Assembly: GCA_043228905.1 (NCBI GenBank)
Contig: JBHGNT010000001.1
Coordinates: 11,408,001 to 11,472,000 of the forward strand
From: Azolla caroliniana
Lineage: Eukaryota > Plantae > Polypodiophyta
Direction: 5' to 3'
DNA length: 64,000 nt
Shown here in pieces: positions 51,313-64,000 of the stretch (position 1 is its first letter; each line of letters begins with the position of its first letter). Made by a program: the position numbers and the translations under genes. The notes under the pieces were generated by a model, which was not told where the DNA came from, did no database searches, and was given only the letters and a program-made list of their open reading frames with translations.

Positions 51313-53905
51313 TTCATGATGTGTCCGGTTGCACCTTAGACGACCGTTCTAGACAATGTGACATGTGCTTACAACTTTGCTTTTCAAGAACACGATGATG
51401 CTAACACCCCCCAAAACTCTCGATAACCATGTGGAAGTTTTTGAGAAAGCAAATCGTTTGGATGGCGCTTCCTATAGGAAGACATTTTGTAGCTACCTTT
51501 GTATTTTGTGGTGCATACAAAGAGGAATATAATGCATTTTCACCTCCCAACTCGCCAATATATGTATATGCAACTTGTTGAAAATCCAACACATGTTCTC
51601 CCAATTTGCAATAATGTGGGCAAATTTATGGACCATCAAAATTTCTATAGATGGCGCTAATCCAATCTCCATACTCGCCATCCTTTAACTTCTAAAAGAT
51701 GAATATTGATATAAACTATGATCAATCTAAGAGAAATACATTTTGTTTCAAAATATTTATTGGATTCTTTACCATATTGGCTAAATACATATGATGTCGA
51801 GGTTCTTGACATGGTTAATAATTTCTTACAACATTGATGTTGGAATCCATGATGTATGTTCAAATGCATCACATTATTGGCAAATCAAACAATGGAAGTT
51901 CATATCCATAATGCACATGTGTACCAAGTATAAAAAAAGTATATAGACTCCTCTACATTGTATTTTAAAAATTCTTGATAATCATACGAAGTCAAATGTG
52001 TTAGGATTTCCACAAAAAAGTTATGCTCTTTGTGAATGCCAGTAATCCATAAATACACATATGATGCAATTGTGTGGGTATTTAGATTATGCTTGTTAGT
52101 TAGCAACCATATGTGGGGCAAGTTTAAATATCAACTTATATGTTTCATGATGCAAATTAACCCTATAACATGAGAGTAGTGAATCAGTGATACTATATTC
52201 AAGGAACATGTCCATGCAAGGTTGATGACTCATTCCGGAAAATATGCCTACATTACTTATGCACTCAAGTTACTTCATTTTCCATTCCATAAACACGTCC
52301 ACACAACATATATCAAAAGTAAACATGTTCCTAAATGATCCAATTTCAAAATTGTAGAAAAGACTTCTCAGCCACATCAAAGAGAAAATAGATAATTACA
52401 TTGATGCATCAATAAAGATAACTTATTTGTTTTTATTGTTGTAAGCTTATGTATGGAGAGAGCATTGGCGTTGTACCAATTGAGGGATGCACTTTGACCA
52501 ATGATATGGTGGAGGATAGTTGATGTAGTTGCATATGATACATTCATGGTTTTACAACTTCCAATTGCTCCTCGTGTGCAATGTAAGAATTTGGCTAAGC
52601 TTTGAAATAAGATCATTAGAAGCAATACTAAATTCAATTCATTCTCTTGTGCATGGTAAGTAGCATATTGCTTGTTTAATTGTCTAAGTATGTTAGCTTG
52701 GCTTTAATGCCCTTATTCTAATGTGGCGTGGTGTCCCCCATAAAGTATATGTTTGTTTAATGGAGGAGACACTCGAGAGGATTTTAATGCATCGATGAAA
52801 TCAACTTTAGTTTATGCACATTATTTTAATATTAGATGTCATATGTACAATGTGTTTTAAAACAATTGAAAACTATCTAAATTGTGGCATATATACGTAG
52901 AGAACCATTCAACTATTGTTGTTTCAATACATTGCAATATAGAATCCCATTTGCAATGGATCTAGAACTTTTATACCCATCTAGAGAATAAGTCTTTTTG
53001 ATGGATATCCCGGGAATATGGTGGGTGTGATCATCAACACAACTCGAACATTCATTTGCACAAGAAGATTGGGTAAATTAATAGTAAATGTTCATTGTTA
53101 TGAATATGAATAATATCACCAAGGATTGTGCTTTGCGAAATGCAACTAGTTGTTAGTTTTTGCTAAAGATGAATACATGAGAAGCAATTACATGTATTTA
53201 TCAATTGTTATAACCACTGAATGATGGTTTTAAGTATTTTCGATTCAATTGTTATGGACCATGATCCTTGAAAATGTAAATTCACTTTTGATCCCCTATG
53301 TAGGGACTCAAGTAAATGTTTCTAACTATGCTCAGTCATTATAAGTTTCCAACTTTTTCAAGTCAATGTCCAATGCTTTTCCTTATGTCATCTAATGAAG
53401 TTTGCAATCTAATGTTGAATTGACCAAAAATTGTTCAATCGATTCCCAATTTAGATTGTCGAACAACCACCACACAAAAAATGTACACTTTGTCCATCCA
53501 ACATTGAATGAAATGTTTTATTGACAACTTTTTTGGAGGACACGCATACTGCCATTATTATCATTAATACAACAAAAGAATTGGATAATTGACATGCAAC
53601 ACTACTTTGGCAACAATAAAAATATCTACTTTACACGTCAATCGAGCTAATAGCAAGCAAAAAAGTTGTGGGATGCGGTTGCCATGAGAGTCACATTTTC
53701 TCTCGAATTCCAGGTGTCACGGATGATTGATTCCACGCAACAAGCATTACCAAAATGATGGTGTGTGCCCTATGTGAACCTTCTTTGAGAGGAGGCCTAT
53801 TGGGGGGGGGGGGGGGGGGGGGTTGGGAGGAGACACATACCAAATCTCTTGGAAATGATCACAATATTGTTGAGTTTATTGATCGATCAATGTCCTCTAT
53901 GGGAC

Positions 53906-54005
53906 NNNNNNNNNNNNNNNNNNNNNNNNNNNNNNNNNNNNNNNNNNNNNNNNNNNNNNNNNNNNNNNNNNNNNNNNNNNNNNNNNNNNNNNNNNNNNNN
54001 NNNNN
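53906..54005. other. Assembly gap (100 N)
   Basis: Run of N. Confidence 1.
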
Positions 54006-54238
54006 ACGTTCATTCGTAGTCTAGTATGGTAAACAGCCTCGAAGTATGGTAAATACCATACGTTTGTATTCATTATTATGATAAGGTAGATTTCCTGTTA
54101 AGGTCAGAAAGTTAAGGTACACTGTTAGAAAAAAAACATATAACATGCTCATTCGTTTGTATTCGAGTATATTACGTACTATGCATTTGAGTATATTACG
54201 AATGTTTGCCAATGCATTCGAGTATATTACGTACTATG
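54006..54238 (-). mobile_element. Partial hAT-family MITE end (cut by the gap)
   Basis: Ends ...TTACGTACTATG, the reverse complement of the CATAGTACGTAA terminus of 57368 and 61385. Shares AAGTATGGTA and CATTCG subterminal motifs. Confidence 0.55.
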
Positions 54239-54279
54239 ATTTTCTGCTGTTCAATTCGAAGCGTTTTTCTTCTTTCCCT

Positions 54280-54520
54280 CTCTCGCGTCAAACCGCGTTT
54301 TAAAAAAAACAAGTAAATAAAATCTTGCATTTCGCTCTGCCCTGCAAACCCTAATTCCATTTTGGGAACTCGCTTTTTAGGGCCCTAATTTTCGTCTCTT
54401 TGCTTCGAAATCGCGTTTCTGAATTCGAAGCCCTAATATAGATAGACATCTTCTTCTTAAGCCCTAATTTAAAATCTTGCTCTGAAACCCCAAATTTCAG
54501 ATCTTAACCCTGATTTTCGA
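54280..54520 (+). promoter_or_regulatory. Proximal promoter of the C2-domain gene with CGCG boxes and telo-box-like motifs
   Basis: CCGCGT ~54293, TCGCGT ~54283 and ~54411, AAACCCTAA ~54346, repeated GCCCTAAT. Confidence 0.45.
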
Positions 54521-54601
54521 GTTCTCGTTGTCCAACCCCCCCCCCCCCCCCCGTTTTAGGATCTTTGATCCCCACATCCATCCAACCTCTGTTTCTTCTG
54601 A

Positions 54602-56381
54602 ATGGTGCAGCAGCTGAACGAGGCTTTCGTCCATCTCCATCTTCTGTCCGCGTCTGATATCAAGCGTAGCTGGTTAATATCTGGTAAATCTTATTTTCTA
54701 ATTTCCCTCATAATCAATGATGCCGGCGTCAATGAATGGATCATGAAGTCGTTGTTGTAGTTTCATATAAAGTCAAGAGTCAGATCTTATGCACTGCACG
54801 ATATGGATCGCATGAGATCACATATTCACATAGGGTTTGAATAGGGTTTTCTGTGAGGAGTCAAATAGTACCGCTGAAGAAATGGGAAATTAGGAAAAGG
54901 AGCAAGAAAGATGTGTATTTTTTATGGACACAAAAAAATGCCATGCTCCTGTTCTAATATCATATGTTCTTCAGTTGAAGATTCTAATGGAAGAAAGATG
55001 TTTCTTTGATGATCACAATGCCATGTTACTCTTCTCAAAAATATGTTATTTAGTTCAAGCTTTAAACAGTAATGGTCGATAGGCAGAATGCTGTGTTGCT
55101 GTCATTCTCACATCAGATTCTTGAGAGAGCATGCATTCTACTGCTTATATGGAAGAAAATGATATGGTTTGAGAAACCGGCATGAGGAGAGCATGCATTC
55201 TCTTGCTTATACGGAAGAAAATGATATGGTTTGAGAAACAGGCTTGAGGAGAGGAGAGCATGCATTCTATTGCTTAAATGGAAGAAAATGAGATGATTTG
55301 AGAAACAGGCTTGAGGAGAGCATGCAATTCATTCTAAATTTGTTTTGATGGAATGCTACACATTCATCACAATATATTTGTTTTATATGGCTTTGTAGGT
55401 GATCAAACATATGTGATAGCATGGGTAGATCCGACGCTAAAGAAAAGAAGCCTGCCTACGCGAGGTGGAGGGAGTATGCCACAATGGAATGAGGATTTGA
55501 CCATACCCTTTCATCTCTCTAATGACAGCAAAGAAGGCGAACAACTAACTATTCAGATTTATGGTAATGGTGCCTTAGGTGACTCCTTACTAGGATCAGT
55601 ATACGTGCCTATGGTTGAATTAAAGTATGATGGAATCGGAGGAAGCGATTCCATCTTAACATACCAAGTCTTACAACCTTCCGGAAAAAGGCATGGAAGT
55701 CTAAAATTCATTGCTAAAATTGTGAAATTCAGTAAATGCAGTGGTCTGGGAACAGAAGAATATCCTGGTATGTTTTCAAACTTCAATTCATATCCGCAAT
55801 GTTCTAATGTGGACGATATAGTAGATCAGTCTCCACAGGTGGAAACCCTGCCATGGAATAAGCCTCTAGTTTACCCTCCAATTTCTCCATATCCACCTAC
55901 TAATCAATATAGTGATCAATTTTACAATGTAAAACCTTATCCACCCCCACAAACTAATCAATATAATGATCAATATTACAATGTAGAACCTTACCCACCC
56001 CCACAAACTAATAAATATAATGATCAATATTACAATGTAGAACCTTACCCACCCCCACAAACTAATAAATATAATGATCAATATTACAATGTAGAACCTT
56101 ACCCACCCCCACAAACTAATAAATATAATGATCAATATTACAATGTAGAACCTTACCCACCCCCACAAACTAATAAATATAATGATCAATATTACAATGT
56201 AGAACCTTACCCACCCCCACAAACTAATGATTCAAATGAGATTTCATGTTCAAGTTATTACCCAAATGTAGCTTATCTTTCACCTGCTCCACAGTTTGCT
56301 CCCTCCTATCCAGTGCCAACATATCCATATCAAAATTTACCATATCCACCATATTATTCTAGCAATAATTATCCATCTTAA
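54602..56381 (+). CDS. SRC2/BAP-like C2-domain protein with Pro/Tyr-rich repetitive tail, ~354 aa; exons 54602-54683 and 55399-56381
   Basis: LHLLSASDIK...TYVIAWVDP...GGSMPQWNE...LTIQIY...DSLLGSVYVP...YQV..PSGKRHGSL is the plant SRC2-type C2 pattern. GT-AG phase-1 intron, 1065 nt total. Confidence 0.88.
55125..55326 (+). repeat. Intronic tandem repeat, ~3 x 62-67 bp
   Basis: GAGAGCATGCATTC...GGAAGAAAATGA...TTTGAGAAAC repeated. Confidence 0.85.
55887..56230 (+). repeat. Coding 54-bp tandem repeat (PYPPPQTNKYNDQYYNVE), ~6.5 copies
   Basis: Direct reading, period 54 (e.g. 55989, 56043). Confidence 0.95.
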
Positions 56382-57367
56382 GAAGATGAGATGACTGAAA
56401 TTGATAGAATTTTTTGTGAATATCACATTTGTTTCTTCCTCATCTTGGATCTTGATTTTAGCCAAATTAAGGTGTGCAGCTTAAACAAGGCCTGTGATGT
56501 AAGATATACCTTGAGCAACAATTTGTAAATGATATACCTTTTGTTATTTAGATGCATGTATCTTATTGTAAAGGTATTTTGTAACAACTAGTTTTTGGAT
56601 TTTGAGTTGTTTGGGACTACCTTGAATTGAATTTGACTACCTCAGCTGGATTTATATCAAATGGCCTTAGCACAATACACGTGTTGACTCGTTTCTAGCG
56701 TTCATGATGTATTTCAAGCAAGAATGTGTTGATTTTGATGAGACAATTTCAATTAGATGAATTTGGATTGGATTGGATTGGGTCTCAATAAGGCACAATG
56801 CCCAAGCCAAATGAAGATTGTTCAAAGTATGAGCCTCAAGTCATGTTTGTCAATCATCAAGGTAAGACATGGCAAGGCATCTAGGTCTCTGTTAGGCATA
56901 GTGCTTAAACCAAATGAAGAGTGTCTAAAGTATGAGCGTCAAGTTGTGTATGTTAATCATCAATGTAAGAGATGACTAGGTGGCATATTGCATTTACAAT
57001 ATAATTTTGATTTATGTTACATTCATGATGTAGAGGAAACATATGCGACTCATATATGTTATTTATGCTGAAAAGGGACATGCTAACCATCATGCTATGA
57101 TATGACAAGGTGGCATATTGCATTTGTTGTATAAGATTGTTTTATTTTTTGTACATTCATGTAGAAGGAAGTGGAAAATATAATGAGAAACATGTTTTTT
57201 GTACATTCATGTAGAAGGAAGTGGAAAATATAATGAGAAACATGGAAGGCAAAAAACATGAGGGTCATGTGTGGGGGAGACACAAATGCAAAACTTTCAA
57301 GTAAAGTTGTTGACGAAGGAAGCTCCATGTTACGCTATGGCAATGTTGCACTCCCTACTATTCATAG

Positions 57368-58271
57368 CATAGTACGTAAAATTCGTGTTCGTCTGCCATA
57401 TCATTTGTTTTCATACGTTGGAAAACGAACACGAATGATATGCAAATATTCGTGTGTTTTTTTTTTTTCATTTTTTTTCATTTTTTTTTCAATTTTTTCC
57501 AATTTTTCCGTCTTTTCTCCCTTTTCCTCTGCACTAACGTTACACTCTCTTCTCCTCTACAACCTAGCCTCAAACGATTTGCGATTCTGCAGAGTGCATT
57601 CAACCTTCAGGTATATTTAGTGTAGAAATATGGTTTTAATTTCAGTGATGAAATTTCTGTGCTGAAAAATCAAAAATTTCTGTGCTAAAAAATCAGAAAT
57701 TTTAGTGATGATTGAAATTTCTGAAATTTCTGTGATGAAATTTCATCTTTCAGAAATTTCGTGATGAAATTTCATCACAGAAATTTCAGAAATTTCACGA
57801 TGAAATTTCAATCAAAATTTCTGAAATTTCAGTGATGAAATTTCATCTTTCAGAAATTTCGTGATGAAATTTCATAATTTCAGAAATTTCTTGATAAAAT
57901 TTTTGAAATTTCATCACTGAAATTTCTGTGATGTAATGTCTGAAATTTTTGAAGATGATGATATCACCTTGAATGAAGATTAGGAATGCTCGTTTTGATG
58001 TAACACCTCATTGAGGATTTTTTTGGAGACTAGGCATTTTGGGTAGTTGTTATTAGAATTTACGAAAAAAAGCATATTGTTATTAAGAAGGTAATATGTT
58101 TTTTTTTTGCAATTTTTTAAATTTTTTTTCCGTGAAAAAATGTTTACCTTATAGTAAACCATTTATCCAAAAGTATGGTATTTATCATTCTTCGAGAGTG
58201 TTTATCATTCTCGAATGATTGAATCATTCTCGAACACGAATGCACGAATGGTACGCATGGTTCATACTATG
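57368..58271 (+). mobile_element. Non-autonomous hAT element (904 bp) with internal GAAATTTC palindrome array
   Basis: Termini CATAGTA...TACTATG, 8-bp TSD ATTCATAG (57360-57367/58272-58279). Confidence 0.9.
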
Positions 58272-61200
58272 ATTCATAGTGAGTATGTTGTCATATTGAC
58301 AAGATGCAAAGAAGCCATATAGCTTGGTTTTCTAGTTGGATATTGATCCTAAGTTCCAACACATGAACTTCATTGTTTATGTCATTTCTATTGTGCTTTT
58401 GCACTTCCTATGTGTCACCTTGTGCAACCATCATTATTATTGAAGAAATGAAATATCAATGACAAACCTTTCTTCAAGTACAAGGGTTGAAATTCGTTGT
58501 CACTTAAAGAACCACTCTTAGGAATCAAATCAAAATATGAAGTTTGCACCAAAGTAGCTAGACGTCTTTGTACAATGAAACATTTGTATATGGAGTTGCT
58601 ATTTTATAGATGTATGCATGTATTAAACAAAACTATGGGTGTGATGGAACAACATAAATATAGATATATGGGAGCAAAGCATGTATAGGAGCACTTGGAA
58701 AATTGGATTATATGAGTGATATGTCTAATTGAGAAAGAGAAAATTGCGACGGGAGAAAACTAGGAGAAACTCCACCCATCGAGGAATTATAAACAAGAAT
58801 ATGTTCATCATGAATTGATCAAGCCCAAGTCATTTGATAAATCATCTTAATTTCATAACACGTCAACAACTTGTTGAGAATGCCAATTTTAATGATATGT
58901 TGAATTTGTCACATGTTGCCTTCTCTTTTTCGGCATGAAATGCTCCCAACTACTCTACGTGTGTCATTGTTCATTCCTTGCGTTATGTTTACACTTTGAT
59001 ATCTCACAAAGTATTGTCTGTGGAGCTAGGGTCACTCCTTGTGGATTTAATAATGTTGGGAGTTTAAGTATGTTTTGAATGAAATGGAGATTGATCTCTC
59101 ATTTGTACATTTTGCCTATCAAAACATCCTTCGAGTTTATTTATGAATGGAGTTTATTTGAGTTTCAAAACTAGACATAAATCAACACAACCTTGCTCAT
59201 GTATTTTGACTTAATTTGATAATTAGAATCAGAAAAAATAAATCACATATTAATATTTGAATTCCAAAATGATTTGCATTAAACAAACACTATGTAACAA
59301 ATACTAAATAAGATCATGAGTGTGTCGTCACCTTGGAATTTATGAGTCTTATGGAATGGCCCCTTGGCTTTTAAATGTCAAAAGCATCCAAATTACACGT
59401 CTTAATATTCACTCTTTATGTCTCTAATTCCTTTTAGAAGTGTTATATAAAAAGGAACGTGTCTACCAAAACGAGTTATATCAAAAACTGAAACAAGTTT
59501 TTACTAGAGTCCAACTTCTTTAAAATGCCTCACATGTGAGAATCCACTTCTTTTGAGATGTTTCTCATGTGTATATGGTATGAATATATAAAACCTAGAC
59601 TCGAACAAAACATCTTGTATTTACAACTCATCCATCCATCTTCTCGCAAAATCTTGAAATTTTGGTCTATGAACCAATGACGATTACTTTTTGAAAGATC
59701 AAATGAATGTGACAAATAATTAATGTCATTCACTAAATAGTGTGTTTTAATATGTCGATTGCATGGAAGCTTGTGCTTGCCTATGACCAGCCGATATATC
59801 TTTTAATCATATATTTCGAACGAAAAGATGCAAATTAGCACATAAATCATTCGTGGCAAAATGATTGCATGCGCCTATAGCTATCCTTTATTAAATTGTG
59901 CATGGAAAACTTGGATTTGAATAATATGATATTTTGAGTAAAGCACGATCAGTTTCCCTTAATGAGCGTCATGATGATTATGATTAAATATTTGGTAGGA
60001 GTGCTAATTGATGCTATGATAGCTTCCAAATCATGAACCTCTACAGTTGTAAATGGAAGTAGTCTAAGTAGGATTCTCGTGTGTGGAAATGTACTAGGGG
60101 AAATTTGGACAACTCCACCAAAAGTAATTGAAAGTTGTCGACACACTTATTTGATCACGTCATATTCTTTTTCTACATATGATTTTGAAGGTTGTCTCTA
60201 CAAATATTTGATCACATCACATTCTTTTTCTACATATAAGACATGATTTTGACTCAAATAAATGTGCTACACTTTGTTGCACATATGTAGACCTCTTGGA
60301 CTAAATTCAAATAGTATCGGAATCAAGGTAGAACAACAATGTACATTGTGACACTTTAATAGATTTACATGATATCAAAATTGTATGCATACACATGAAC
60401 CCGACATTGTTAACTATAGGACAAAAGATCCTTGCTAGGTAGTTTTCAAGACATTTTCTTTATCAAGGAAATACTAACAATTCAATATGCTTTATGGGGC
60501 TACAATTGGTTTTGAAGCACGAGAAACATGCAAAGATGTAACGAACCAAATATTTGGCAATAAAATGAGCATCAACAGGTCATTCCCAATGGCAAAATAT
60601 TTAGCTAAAAAATCATGAAGTGGACACATATGTTGTTTACTTTGGGTCGTGACATCCAAATTCAAAAAAGTTACTCGGGTAAGTACTAAGCACACATGAA
60701 TGGCCCCGCAAAAGAAAACCTTACGTTGAAAATATGTACAAGACACACGAGAAAACATAGTGAGCATTTCTCTTTTTCTTTTTTGTCAAGAGGCAAAAGT
60801 TGAAATTATGTAGTGAACAAGAAAACCATAAAAGAAAGTTGTACCACATTCAAACTCACAGGCATTCAATATGGATGTAAATTGATTAAACAAGCAAGTA
60901 GCCACGAGTTCCACATGTTATTCCTTGTAAGAGACATGTCAAAGTGGACAAGATTCACTTGCAACCATCATCATGTATAACTTGTCCTCGTCCATATATG
61001 GTATAGCCTTGGCCCCTAACTTTTATAAAATTCCCAATTATGTGGCACGATCCATTGTCTAACTATGAGTTATATTGTTTGAGCCTTGGGCCAATAAATC
61101 CAATTTTCTAATAAATAATGACGTCCAATCAACCCCAAACCCTAGATTGATAAATTCACCACATTCATCTATAGTAAATGTAGGTATAAAATAATCATTT

Positions 61201-61384
61201 TATCCACCCTTTTTTCACTAATGTAATAGAATGAACCCCAAGTTATGAAAACAACAATGTTCACGGATGTTATGGATGCATAAAAGGGGACAACCATATG
61301 AGGGAGAAAAGAGGGGTCCTTTTGTTAACATAAATACAAAGGCTATCCACCTAAAATTGTTAGAATTGAACACATCATCCATAT

Positions 61385-61671
61385 CATAGTACGTAAAATT
61401 CGTGTTCGTCTAGCATAACATTCGTTTTCCTACGTTAGAAAACGAATGCGAACGTTATTCAAACATTCTTATGTTTTTTTTTGTTTTTTTCCCATTTTTT
61501 AATGTTTTTTTGTTCTTTTCCATTTTTTAGGCTTATTTACCTCATAATAAATAGTTTATCCAAAAGTATGGTATTTATCATTCTTTGAGGGTGTTTTTCT
61601 TACGCGAATGGTTTGAACATTCACGAATGCGAATGCACGTATGATATGTATGGTTCAAACTTCATACTATG
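61385..61671 (+). mobile_element. hAT MITE (287 bp), same family as 57368-58271
   Basis: Termini CATAGTA...TACTATG, 8-bp TSD ATCCATAT (61377-61384/61672-61679). Confidence 0.9.
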
Positions 61672-62139
61672 ATCCATATTGTCTTGAGTAGCTCTTGACG
61701 ACCCAAAAATCTAATATGATGGAAAGTGACAAAGGGCAGACAGAGAGAAACATAGATTGTGGCGATTCCTAAAATCCCATACAAACGCGTGGATCGAATG
61801 AAGGAGTGTGTATAAGTGAACAATGTTGTTAACACACTTGATTGACTTCTTCAAAACTAGTTGGGTGGAAAATTTCAACAAGGGGGAGATATAGGATACT
61901 CTCGAAAGGTAAACGATGAACAATGGCACATGACCATATTAGCCCAAAAACCAGGCAAGCAAGGGCACAAGTGAGCAGCCGTGTTCGAGAACTGTGCCTG
62001 TGCTCGTGCCCTTGCCTGCCCAAAAACTGGGCAGATACGAGGAGGGGGGGGGGGCATGTCCAAGAAGAAAAGCTCATTGGCCGGAGCTTGACCGGCAAAT
62101 GGACGGTCAAGTGAAGCGGCCGTCAATCGTTTGATGGAG

Positions 62140-62563
62140 GGACCCGTCTCATGGGCCAATTTTGGCCTTAGAAGACCTTAATATATCTTTCTTTTTTCTT
62201 TCTTTCTATGTATTTCGAGCGTTTCTTGTCCTCCCGTCTAGCGCCGTCCAAAAACGTTAACGGCGTTATTGCTCCTCTCGATTTCTTTTTCCTTCTCTAT
62301 GTACATACAGACATATTGATATAGTTGTTTGAACTTTGAATGTTTCCTTCTTCCGTCAAACTTAACGGGAGGCCTTTCTTTTTCCTTGTTTCTTCTCTGC
62401 TGCATTCCACCAGGAAATGGTTTTCTGAGTCAATTAAGCTCACCATCGCTTCTTTCTTCTCTTCTTCTTCTTCGTTCCTTCTCTTTATTTTCTGCCTACG
62501 CAGGGATCTCATGCTCCCTTAGTCTCACCGTTCAACCTCCACATCTCATCCGAGAACACACAG
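62140..62563 (+). promoter_or_regulatory. Possible promoter and non-coding first exon of a downstream gene
   Basis: Site-II-like TGGGCC ~62152, pyrimidine/CTT-rich leader, donor-like CAG|GTATGA at ~62563 followed by CT/CA microsatellites. No CDS found in the window. Confidence 0.3.
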
Positions 62564-62618
62564 GTATGATTCTCTCTCTCTCCCCTCCATATATACACAA
62601 GATTCCGGAATACGCGCG

Positions 62619-62654
<36 letters not shown>

Positions 62655-63628
62655 TGCTCAGGGTTTCATTGACACAGACAAAAGCTTGCTTGATTATTAA
62701 CATATGCATATATGTGTGCGTGTGTCAAGACAGATAGTCTCCTTTTTTCATTGCAGATTTGACATAGAGATAATATTGCTTGCTATAATATATCTATATG
62801 TCAATCTATCTATTTATAATATCGATTCCTATATATATTTTCTAGGGATTAATTGTCAACCTGGCAAAGAATGGATGTCTTGGTTTGCCTATTGCAAGTT
62901 AAAAAATATAAGTTCTTGCTTTGTCTATGGGTTTTCAGGTTAAAGAGTCATTGTAGCTGAGAAAAGATCGTGAATCCATTGTACATAAACAATTTGCTTC
63001 GTTTCTGAATAAAAGAAAATAATTTGCATCCTTTCCAAATAAAAGAAACAAAGGACGTAAGACCATTTTCCTGAAATCCGAGATACGGAAGAAATAAAAC
63101 AAATTACCCTTATTCCAATCGAAGAAACAAACCGCCCAATCAAGGTCTTCCGATTGAATCAAACAAGAAAACGGATGATTCTTTGTATCGAAGAAAGGAA
63201 ACAGGAAATTGACAAAATATCAACATACCTTGTTTGAATCCAAGAAAGGAAGCTGTAAATCCGTACCTAATAATTGACGAGTTTGCAGATTTGACAGAGA
63301 AGTATTTAGTGCAGACATATCCATAGCTGATAACTGTGCAGTTTGCTGGTTTGACAGAAGAGTTTGATACATACATTATAAGAGAAGAAACAACAAAGTA
63401 CTTCCTTTCTGAATCCTTAGCTGACAATTGAAGAATTTGCAGATTTGACAGAAACAATTTAACATGTACATAAGCAAGAAACAAAGAAACTGAAAAGATA
63501 TAATTGCTAGATTACGGAATTTGCAGAAAGAGACAGCAATTTAAATTCCTTCAAATCTATTTCTGTTAATTTTTGAATTGACAGAGAAGGATTGGTACAT
63601 ACATCATATGCTTCGTAACAAAGGAAAC

Positions 63629-63800
63629 GCAGAAACAAGTCTTTTCATCTAAATCCATAGCAAATACTTGCAGAGTTTGCAAGTTTGATAGAGAGCGCTT
63701 GATACATAGAGAGGAAGCAGAAACAAGTATTTTCATCTAAATCCATAGCAAATACTTGCAGAGTTTGCAAGTTTGACAAAGAGAGCTTGCTACATAGAGA
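63629..63800 (+). repeat. Tandem duplication, 2 x ~88 bp, within a degenerate repeat region
   Basis: GCAGAAACAAGT.TTTTCATCTAAATCCATAGCAAATACTTGCAGAGTTTGCAAGTTTGA at ~63629 and ~63717. Confidence 0.85.
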
Positions 63801-64000
63801 GGAACTATACAGACATGCACACATCCAGACAGAGGAAAGGAAAATAAAGATCTGATTCTTGTTAATCCATCACCGAAAACTGCAGAGTTTCCAGTTCTCA
63901 AAGAGAAGTTTTAATACAGACAGTGATAGGAAAGGAAAGGGAAATTCAAGATCTGCTTTGTGATCTAATCCTTATCAGGTATTGTTCTTGCCATGCATTT

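Noticed and set aside
53802-53822. G/C homopolymers (also ~32205 and ~54536) as G-quadruplex elements
   Set aside because: Simple runs, two of them near an assembly gap. Lengths are unreliable and no functional evidence is visible.
51313-53900. Possible decayed transposase
   Set aside because: Only short ORFs, with no motif I can recognise and no termini found.
55353-55398. ORF-track start of the C2 protein at 55353
   Set aside because: Intronic. The true N-terminal C2 strand is in exon 54602-54683, spliced to 55399.
58500-61300. Additional gene or TE in the AT-rich interval
   Set aside because: No coherent exon chain or recognisable domain.

Overview
Eukaryotic land-plant genomic DNA, repeat-rich. 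The Gypsy/Copia/PPR styles suggest a fern or another non-angiosperm, which is an inference. The first ~25.5 kb is a nest of decayed retroelements. A +strand Gypsy has its RT split by a complete 10.3-kb -strand non-chromovirus Gypsy (217-10535), which itself carries two inverted 4-bp-TSD solo-LTR-like inserts with tRNA-like heads. Next come a Gypsy gag remnant, a Copia remnant hit by a 5'-inverted LINE (itself hit by a Copia solo LTR), and a PPR pseudogene cut by a truncated Copia. Three apparently intact spliced genes follow: a group-1/type-II pectin methylesterase (+, 29319-35802, 5 exons), an At1g53450/At3g14830-like unknown-function protein (-, 44981-38347, 7 exons) with a full-length Copia (45840-51312) just upstream, and an SRC2-like C2-domain protein with Pro/Tyr repeats (+, 54602-56381, 2 exons). 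hAT MITEs, many local tandem duplications and one N gap are also present. The most unusual signal is in the 217-10535 Gypsy. It has a tRNA-Arg-type primer-binding site facing inward at both LTRs and no polypurine tract abutting its 3' LTR. A canonical-looking PPT sits 3.4 kb upstream, right after the integrase stop, and an extra ORF lies between that PPT and the 3' LTR. This suggests non-canonical, possibly tRNA-primed, plus-strand synthesis.
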